Shown here: positions 53,901 to 64,000 of the stretch, piece by piece
Numbering within the stretch: the stretch's first letter is position 1
How the letters are laid out: every line of letters starts with the position of its first letter
Assembly (NCBI GenBank): GCA_001642005.1
Contig: LWCA01000047.1
Span: forward strand, 1-64,000
Direction of reading: 5' to 3'
From: Intoshia linei
Lineage: Eukaryota > Animalia > Orthonectida
Length of the DNA: 64,000 bases
The notes under the pieces: generated by a model
The model's input: only the letters and a program-made list of their open reading frames with translations
Database searches by the model: none
What the model was told of the DNA's origin: nothing
Position numbers and translations under genes: made by a program

Positions 53901-56900
53901 ACTTAAAGTCTTATTTCATTGAGTATTAGTAAAGGCATTAAAAGATATTATGTATGTTTCTAGTAACTTTTATATCTTTTACAAAAACTTACTTCATTAT
54001 TAAAAAATTGAATAAGAGAAAATCAAAGTTTTCCTACTTTCTTTTTTGAATAGTCACTTAATAGAAAGGTTTTAATGTTTAATATTATCATTTGAAACAG
54101 TTTTTATGTCAATATTATATTATGAACACTGTAGAATATATTTTAAATTGAATAATTACCAGAACTTTGATTCTTTAAACTATTTTCTTTCTAGCTATTT
54201 GAATTCTCACACTTCAAAACTTATAAACTGTTTCTTAAGATGTAAATATGAAGTATTTTGTAATAAATTGGGGCCTATTTTTAAGATATAAATGTAAAGT
54301 ACTTTTATTAATTTGGGGGCCTTTTTTAATGAGTGGCCCTGGGCTACAGCCCATATTGCCCATACCTTATAACTACCATTTCAATAACTACCAGACTTAG
54401 AATTTTATAAAGTCCACATTTCTAGTACAGTTTTTTCCGGGTGTAAAACTAAGATAAATTTCAACCTCCCAAACTCATATACTACTGGCCAAAAAGTCCA
54501 ATTATTCTTTTTTTTGAAAATCAAAAGAGTTCGAAAATTTAAAAAAATATACATTCTGAAACGCATTTTAAAATTATAAATATTATCATAAATCTTCAGG
54601 GACAAAACCACAAATTATAGGTGGTACAGTTGTATCCTGTTAACACACAACAAATTTAAATTGGAATAAGTGACGCCTTCACGGTCAAAAACGCACTATA
54701 GTATTCATTTTTTTTCCGAAATATTTTATTAACAAAACAAAAAATGTGAAATAATTAGTCTTTGGTCATTAAAATGCAAATTTATATTTCTGTTTGTGTC
54801 GGAAAAAAATCAACTTAGAATTTTTGATTTATAAAATAATGGGTGGATGTTTTTTAATTAAATAGTAACACTCAGATCAACACAAATTTTTAGCCCGTTG
54901 TACTTGCATTAGTTAATATTCTTTTTACTAATAAACTTTTTATTATTAGATAATATAAGTCATAAAATGATAATTAAACAGTATATTCTTAGAATAAATA
55001 CTATGTAAAAATAAAAATAATGGTTTTATACTGTAAAATAATTATAATTGTCCCTAAGTCTAGCAGACTTATTTTATAGTTTTTAGACTTATACACGGGA
55101 TTTATCTCATATGAATTGGTATCATATCGTGTCATTGCAATGACACGGTAGTGAATCAATCGTATATGGTAGAGATTATATGCTGTTATAATAAAAAATT
55201 ATCTTATTTCATAAAAATATCCGTAAATTTTTTTATGTGTCAAAAATATTGATTATTTACATTTAATTGTATCAAATAAGATTATTATTTTATTTTGATA
55301 AATTATACTGTAATTATTTAGCTCTGAAAAATTGTACTCGGCAAATACACGCGATGTAACAGCATCGGAAATGGTTCCTCCATATGAATACGAAGATGAT
55401 GAGAGATTATCGAATTCATCCGATTCCAAAATATCCTATAATTTACCTGACTTGAATATGGAGGGGTTAATAATTGTAAGAAACAACACTTTTAGAAAAT
55501 TGGCGCAATTGCATATAATGTATGCAGAAGCAAACATTGTCTCATTAAAACGGGACAAAGTTAATATAAATTGCATACCAACACTAGAAACTTACACAAA
55601 TCTGGATAGAAATGTGATTGATGAAAATGTTGGTCACTTTAGACAAAATACAAAGAAAAAAACACTATTATTTGACAACTATACAGTATGGATACAGCAT
55701 ATATCAACTTTGACATTGGACAATTTCATACAATCTGCTGAAATTGGAAAGCGGTTAAATATTAATTCCATCATTTACAAAGCTGCAAATTATTTTTACA
55801 ATTATTGTAAACACTTAATAGCTAATCAAAAACAAGAATGTATCCGAATTTACCTACAAAAGCTGTATACATATATGATTGACGCAGATATTGTAGAATC
55901 TTATGATACTCTTTTTACTATAACTATCGAATATGCATATAGTATATTGTATTGTTGGATAGAAAACAAAAAATCAAAATCTACCGAAAGTTTGAATAAA
56001 ATAAATACTCAAAATCCTAAATCACCTTCTTCTCTCGACTTTAATGAAGACATGCAACTTGCCATAAATGTATATTTTTTTTAAATAGTTATTGCATTGT
56101 AATGTATAATAGGGTGAGAACCGAACCAACCATGCTAATAGCTACCCGGAAATTAGAAATAGGTCCCTAAAAATTTTTAAAAACGATGCATAATGACATA
56201 TAGTCGCTACCACCTCTTGACGGGTCTCGACTTGAATTTTTTAATTTGGCACACAAAATAATTATGATATTCAAAAATTAATTTTTTTAAATGCCCAATT
56301 AGGAAAAGGTCTTTATTTTTGAAAAAGTTGCATTTTTAAACATTTTTAAAATTCAAAAATTTTTTACAAAATACTATATTAATATTAATTTTTCAAATCG
56401 TGGATCGCTTGACTCTGAACTATCTTCTATACCAGGAGTCGGTATCATTTTGCACATTATGGGACATTTTTGAAAATGTACACATGATACATTTCAATTT
56501 TAAAGAAAAACGGTTTTAGTATATTCAACAAAATAAAATTAAGGACGATTTGAAAATTCATTATTAAAATGATTATAATGAGCCATGTGTAGTAGAAAAT
56601 GTTTCAAACGGTGTTTAAAAGTAGAAAAATAAATAATTTACATATTTACTCAAAATTATTATTATATATATATATATATATAACCACCAAAATTATTCTG
56701 TGGGCCACTTGTTGCCGACCCCTTTTCTGTGTCGTAAAATTGAACTAAAGTATTCTTAGATTATCCAAGAAGCTTTATTAAAATGTCATCACGATCGTCA
56801 ATTTGGTTATCGTTATGAACTAATAAAAATTTTTGTAAAAATATGTTCAATGACACAATATGGTCAAATTCTAATTGGAAAATCTTGGATACCACATGAA

Positions 56901-59900
56901 AATTTGAATAAAACCAAATTGGGTGAGTTTATAAAGTTTTTTACTGCAACAGAAATGATTTGCTTACAAAACCAAGGATTAGTGGACTGGAAAGATGGAC
57001 CCACTGTTAGAGCAATAATGAATCTTGAAGATAATATTTTTCAAAATTGGAACAATGATGACTGGATGATTCAATTGTAATATTTGATGTATCATTAATT
57101 ATTTTTTTTATAGGGAAATTTATATACGCAATTTCGAATTATGTCATGCACTAGTCAATAAACAAAACGAAAAAATGTTGACACCTCCAATTACCACATT
57201 TAGAAAAAGTTCCAACAATTCTTTTGTGGGTGCTGGAGATGGTTTATGCGCATATTGGCTAAAAAGAATGTTACCCATTGAAAAAAAGTTGATTTTAATT
57301 AAAGATGATATTTCAAAAATAAAAAAAGATTATTCCATGTCAAATGTACCTCAATCTGAGTACAGTATAAATGAAAGTGAAAATGGAAAATATTACAAGT
57401 ATATTCGATGCTACGAATTGTATATTCACATGATATTGTTGGATTTAGTTTACTCCAATCAGTATACAATATTATCGGACGAAAAGGGGTTTATACTGTG
57501 CGAAAGACTGATATACGCATGCTCATTGGCAGATGAATTTAAATTGTATAATTTACTTTTCCAAACACGAAAATACTACATGTTGGTTATGCTTCCGATA
57601 ATTGTCAATATAAAAGCAAATCGAACAAAATTGTGTCAATCCTTGACAAATTTGTTTCAATATGTACCTTTTTTTGATAAAAAGGAAAAATATATAACGA
57701 GCCCAACCTTGGAAAATTTGATTCGAGATAATATAACTTGTATAAATAACAAAAATTATTTCAATATAATGGAACACCCCATTGATTCTACAGCTTCAAA
57801 TAATTTGGCTATACACACCTTTCTAATAATTACTTTATTTAATTGTCATGTTTTATCAAAAAATTATTCCATTGCAATAACATTTATGGAAAAACAGATT
57901 TCTGGTATACCCAAATCCAGTTATAAATTATTAATGATTAAAAAACTAATTCTTTTGAAAGCTCAACTACAACAACCCGTAAATTTACTCTTTCAAAAAT
58001 TTAAAAACGAACCTCAAGATTTTTTGTCTTACATGTGGTTTAGAATATCAATTATAAGTAATCATTCAAAAACTCAATATGCAATGCTATTAAGTAGTAT
58101 ATCTTGTATTACAGATGAAAAACTTGTTCACAAAAAAGTTGAAGCAATTATAAATCTTGTAGATTGGATCATGGTCAATACTTTTAATCAAACAGAAATT
58201 GAATTTTTGTGTAAATGGATGATGCACTTGATTTTATCACATAAACGTGAACCTCAAGAAATTATAGTTATTCCCACTGTTGTGTCACAACCTAATAATA
58301 AAAAATCTAAAAAAAATGAAAAGGATAAGGATAAGGACAAAGATAAAGACAAGGCAAAGGAAAAAGCTAAACTGAATAAACCAAATGAACGAATTATACA
58401 ACTAAATAAAACTATTCATGCTTTGAGTTCAAAAAAAAGCCCCATTTCAATCATAAAATCAAATCATAATCAGGAAACGATTGATTCAGAAATTGATGAA
58501 TATAATATATCAAAAATAAATAATGTACAAGATTTAATGTTACTTTTGGAAATTATTAGCACGTGTACAACTTTATATCAACCTTTTACTGCCAAATTTT
58601 ACAAAAATGTTGTTTTAATGGAATCTATAATTATACAAATGTTGCACATTATTTTATTTCACTTAGATTCCATTTCTTTGGAATATCCATTTAAAATTTC
58701 TACAGGTTATTTTATTTAAATTAAATTTCTTTTACAGCAGTTATGTTAAACTCAAATGTTTGGCAGTCCGCACCATAAAAATTTTTTCTAGCATCACCAG
58801 AAATGGTGGTAATGAGAGCCCTGGCTGTATTTATTTATTTTTAATTTACTTCCTTTTTACAAAATATATTTCAAAGTAATTTCATTTCGCGAGGCCATGC
58901 TGTGAACCGCCTTAAGCTAATATATTTCATAATGAGATTCTCATTAAATTTATTTGCACACCATTACTCGTCTATAAATTTTTTCACTGGGGTAATTCCT
59001 CGTCCTTACATATATAAAGTAAAATGGTTAAAAAGGTATGTTTGTTTATTTATTTTTTCCAGTTTATTTAAGAAAATAATTGGAGGCAAGTTTTAAAATT
59101 CTATGTTTCTATAACAGTTTTTCGAGAGTCATGTTTAATCCCAAATTTCATTTTTAGAAATTTAGTCCTTCAAGGTGAAAAACCCCAATTGTTTTTTGTT
59201 TTTAAATTCAAAACATCCTATAATTATAAAAAATAGACATTCTAATAAAAAGTTTTGAATTCATCAATATTATGATAATTTTCAATTTCAAAATCTCACG
59301 GAGAAAACTCAAAATAACCCTTTTTTGTATAAATTAAGAAAGTCCTAGAATTTTGTAATGTTTTTAAATTCATCATCACAAATGGTAACCTCGAAAAAAT
59401 TAAAAACCGGTTAAAAACCCAGATTACCTTTTTTTTAAAATAAAAACAGCCTTAGAATTTTAAAAAAAATTACAGATGATACAGTTATATCCAGTTAAAA
59501 CACAAAAAATTTCAATCTGATGAAGTGACGCCTTCATGGTCAAAAAATAACTTTTTTTTTCAAAACTATTTTATTAACTCTTACGAGACAATTGCATGTA
59601 TAGATGCCAAAAACTACACTCATAAATTTACATTGGTTTGTATAAAACAATAATAAGGTGGTACCAATATAAAAATTGAATGACATTTGAAATTTGTGAA
59701 TTTTGAGCTTTAAATTTTAGTGTTTTTTAATATATAAAAAGTGAAATTTTTTGCTTTCAATTTTGAAAATCAGCATAGTCTCGTAAGGGTTAAAAAAAAA
59801 TTTGAGATCAGTAACGGTCGCAAAAATAAAAAAGAGATTATTCTGATACAGCTCGTTCCAGTTAATATATCTACGAAATCTACGCATTTCCGGTGAAAAA

Positions 59901-62900
59901 TAATTATGTATATAAATAATAGATAAATATTTATGGAAGAATTTTTAGTATATTATCAACTAATATTTTTCAAATGTTCAATTAAAATTAAAAAGTAAAT
60001 AATCCCCTACAATTTAAAAAAAAATGTGCATTGAACCTTTACACATTTCCAATAAAGACATATGAGTCGAAATCTATATAATTGATTCCTTCGGATTTTT
60101 TTTCATTCTCAAATATTCATTTTAAAAAAACACGGATTTTTATTTTGATCTTTTGCGTCCCTCAATCCAAAAAATTTCGTCGTCACTAATCTAAACTATT
60201 TTTTATATTTATACCGCATTTTAGATCAATCAAAAACATTAAGCCGTGATTTGAAAAACTTGGCAAATTGGAATTACGCAACACCGATAAAATTATGGAA
60301 TAGTATAAAATTAGGCTCAACTCAAATAAACTATTTAATAAACGATGCTCCATTACACATTAGATTAAACATACATTTGTATTCTAATTTACTAAAAATA
60401 TACAACATGTCGAATATAATTGAAAATCAATTAAAAGAAGCATTTTTGAATCCTGTAACTCACTATTCATTATTTTCTATATTTGCTCAAACTATATTTC
60501 AAAACCAAGATTTATACAATTATTACAATTTGAAAATTTTTCAAAATTTTCATACTCTGAATATTGGCTACAACCAAAATGAATATTTGGAAATTATCAA
60601 AAAAAATTTTTTAAACAAGACAAAAATTTTGAAAGCGGAAAAAAATTTAAGAGATTGGACTTTTACAAATTTATTAAAAGAAAATGAAATAAAAATAAAC
60701 ATAAAATCTGTAAATTATGAAGCAAAGTCTCTTTTTACGGAATACCACGTGTGGTCGAAAAGTGGTCAAGCTTTGTTAAAGGAAGGGTTGTTTTACGAAG
60801 CACAAATTTTATTTACTCAATGTTATAAATTGGCCGTTGGGTATAACGATGAAAAATATTGTTCCATTTCTTTAGTATTAATGGCTAAGCATTCTTCAGC
60901 TGAAAAGCAATATGGAAGAGTAATAAGGTATTTTAATAGAAGTAATTTGAATTATAGAGGAGATGAATTGCATTGGTTAAAAGTGAGAATTGGATTAGCT
61001 AAAGCATATAAAAATGAAAATAATTTAACGGACAATTATAATAAATGTATCGAATCTCTTTACACAACAAATCATTACATTAATGAAAAAATTGAAACCT
61101 TACTGGAAAATAGTTCAAAAAAATATATTGATTTGCGATTGAAAAAATTGCGGTTTTGTTTGACAATGGTTCAATATAATGTGTATATAAGTAGTTTGGA
61201 ATCCTGTAATCTGGCTTCCGATATATCATTTGCGTATATATCTGAAACTAATCCATCAGATTCATCTCTATATCGAAGAACATTTGGTTTAGTTTGTGTT
61301 GAAAATTTAGCTAAAATATTGAGCGAATTTGAAAAAGGAGGATACATTAAAAAATTTGTGAAATATTTACATCATTTAAATGTATTTATATCTAATTTTA
61401 TTCATAATAATGAGATTGATAAAAAAAATGAACAATTAAACAAAAAACTATTTTTTTCAGACTACGATTTACATTCAATTTACAAAATTTTAATGCCGTT
61501 GAATATTACGTGCATCAGATATATTTCAAAAATTTTAACAAATTGTTTGTGTTTAACAGATTACTCTTTAAATTATTTTATAAACTATAAATACATAAAC
61601 AATGAATCTAAATTATTAATCATGTATTCTCAATTCATGAAACATTACATTACATTTAAATCTCAAGTGGATCAAGTCAACTTGACGGAAATTAAACTTT
61701 CTTCAAATATAAAAAATGATTATAAAGTGAAAGATAAACCATTAATAAATGCAAATGCATTTATAGTTGACGAATATAGGCATAGTATAAATAAAAGAGG
61801 GTCCGAAGAATGGCTTGAAAAAGCATACAATCACGAATATGATGAATCTAGCGCTAGTACTTTGACAATGCTCAATAATTTAAATTGTGATAAAATTTCT
61901 ACAAATTATATTATAATGTCAAATTTACTTCTTAAACACGTTCAAACAACATTTAGTGAATTTATGGACAGTGACTGGAGATATAAATCAAAAATTACCA
62001 TTAATGGAAGCAATAATTTACAATTAAATAGCCCAAAAGAAGATGTTAATAAAAATAAAAAAGTTGAAAACATAATTCAAGATAGCCCTAACGAGGTGCC
62101 ACCCTTGTCTATAAGCCAAAAATCTAGATATCGAAAAGTTATTGTTGGTAAAAAGCATCAATATTTGCAATTTTTATCAAGAATTAGTCAAATATCTGAT
62201 GTATTGATGGAATGTTTAATTTATTTCATCGAAATTAATAAATTTTTAATAGTAATGGAACTTTGTCAGAGATTGATGAATATTACAAATCAATACGATT
62301 GCGAAACTAGTTGTAAATTATTATCTGTTTTCCAAAGTGCAAAAAATTGCCATTTTATAAGAAACAATGTGTTTCAGCGAATTTTTAACGACTCTTCCAT
62401 ATCAAGGTTTTCTTCTCTTGTATGTTCTATGGAATATATTTCTAATCCTAATAATATTACCGAGACACACCGAATGGCACCCGTAAAGTATCAAATTTTA
62501 ACGGATTTAAAACAATCATGTACTGCTTGGAATCGTAGTTCTCTGAATAATAACCTTTTCACATTTGGCAAAGAACTTAATAGTAATTTTAAATTTGTGA
62601 TTGTTACTTCAAGTTTAATTGACAATTTTTTATACATTTGCCATTATATTCCGTACCAAAAGACAAATGTTACAAATTCAAGTAATGCTAAAAATACTGT
62701 AAATACAAACACTGCACCAAATCTTAATTTATCTGAAAAATATATACAGGAAATTTCACAAAATGAAAATTTCATATTTAAAATTGATTTGGCTCAATGT
62801 CAATATACTCATGAAACTGAACGGAAACACATTATTAATTCAGATTATTCTAGTAGTATCAATGAAATCAAACAAAATTATTTTTCTTTTCTTCAAATTA

Positions 62901-63188
62901 AAGACCAGTCCTTTTCTTTTGCCGATTCATTAGATAAAATGTTCACGAATAATGAATTTTTAAAAGACACTTATAGTGAAAAACTCAATACGATCAATCA
63001 TATTCAACTCAATTCTCACGAGAATGTCGACGTTGCTTCCGAAGAAATCACTTTTTATGAAAGGTGCATCAATAATTTGGAAAATGTTCTTAATGATTAT
63101 CAAAATTTACAAAAATTGACTATAAATTTTCTGCAATCGGCATTAGAAGATAATGTTACGTTTAACAAAACTCCGACCAGCAAAGGAG
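50972..63188 (+). CDS. CFAP46: Cilia- and flagella-associated protein 46 (TPR-like central-apparatus protein); partial, continues past the window
   Basis: The N-terminus MDLCIKKLL..EELFVSLAELALE..YYGRALLCQALISGP..FLIFNISITFWKI..DYIW..ELLKSY resembles CFAP46 as I recall it (MDLVITQEL..DLFVLCAEQAL..FLGRAHLCRAQ..FLVYNASVLYW). VAIWNMCLPLLHYNL follows. Large exons ~55322-56069, ~57114-58705, ~60225-63188 match the long ORFs in the track. Confidence 0.8.
59578..59789. mobile_element. piggyBac-like MITE inserted in a Helitron H copy
   Basis: TTAA|ctcttacgagac ... gtctcgtaaggg|TTAA. The flanks rejoin to the family H sequence seen at 38915-38960. Confidence 0.8.
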
Positions 63189-63489
63189 GGTATCTTTAAA
63201 TTATGCACTATTTATTTGATTTATGATTGCGGAAAGTTCAATTGTTACTTTTGACATTCCGTTTAAAATCTATTGGAATTAGAGTTTAAAAATATAAGAT
63301 AGAAATGTAATTTTGAGTTCTACCCAACTATCGCGAAAAAGATAAAAATACTGAAAATTAAGATTTTAATTTTTTATTACAAACCTGTTTAAAAATTTTA
63401 GTTTTTTCTCTTTAATATTGGCGAATAGTTGAGCGATATAATCAATCATACATCATCGATTTTACTAATTTATCATATTATTGATTTTT

Positions 63490-63745
63490 AGATCAAATTT
63501 TTGTGATTCCTTTGAGGAAAAATTTTTCACCTAATTTTTAAAGATAATTTAGGGACACAAAATTTGAAAGTGATTTTAAAGGAATTTTTTATTCAACCAA
63601 TTTTTAAAGATAATTTTGGGGTCAAAATTTAATAGGGGTTTTAAGGGAATTTTTTTCTCATCCAATTTTTAAACATTTGACGATAATTTTGGGATCAAAA
63701 TTTGATAGAGTTTTTTAAGGGAATTTTTTTCGCCAATTTTGTAAT
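63490..63745. repeat. Degenerate ~66-bp minisatellite, about 4 units, in a CFAP46 intron
   Basis: Units resembling gataattttggg.tcaaaattt...ttttaagggaattttttt..ccaatttttaaa start at 63543, 63609 and 63682, with a partial unit before them. Confidence 0.7.
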
Positions 63746-64000
63746 GTAATAATTAAAATATAAAATTTCATTTCTGATTAATTTTACATGTTAAGTTACT
63801 ATTACGCTAAACCGAAAAAACCAGTTTTTTAAGTTTTGGTAAATTTGACAATACTACTTGTATTTATATTGTATTTCTAATGGATAAAGTGAGTACATGT
63901 ATATCAAAAAGTGGAAAACTAATTAATTTTTTAATTGAATACATTTGACTAGTGAAAAGATTGGAAACTCTGATTTATAGAAAAATTTAGTTTTCTATAA

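Noticed and set aside
58321-58362. DKDKDKDKDKAKEK repeat in CFAP46
   Set aside because: An ordinary low-complexity charged linker.
63490-63745. CRISPR-like periodic array
   Set aside because: Eukaryotic intron, whole units are repeated, no unique spacers and no cas genes.

Overview
Very AT-rich (roughly 75-80% by eye) animal genomic DNA with many very short GT-AG introns (34-60 nt) and long introns packed with non-autonomous DNA transposons. Most ORF-track entries are spurious or partial, so I assembled the genes by hand from exons. In order: (1) an aminoacylase-1 gene whose 5' end lies before the window; (2) a tandem aminoacylase-1 pseudogene; (3) a solitary Hox2/proboscipedia-class gene on the minus strand; (4) a secreted ADAMTS-like M12B metalloprotease with no TSP1 repeats, carrying six ShKT domains and a Thr-rich stalk; (5) its tandem paralog, which lacks the ShK array; (6) ribonucleotide reductase small subunit; (7) an active MTMR6/7/8-type myotubularin on the minus strand; (8) CFAP46, which runs off the 3' end. 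Repeats include a non-autonomous Helitron family, several hAT MITEs with 8-bp TSDs, a piggyBac-like MITE, a foldback element and nested insertions. Composition, intron sizes and an isolated Hox2 suggest a reduced, ciliated parasitic bilaterian such as the orthonectid Intoshia; this is inference only. The best candidate for a new system is the protease pair: both have Leu at the Met-turn and Cys-free prodomains, and one carries a modular ShK-toxin-fold tail.
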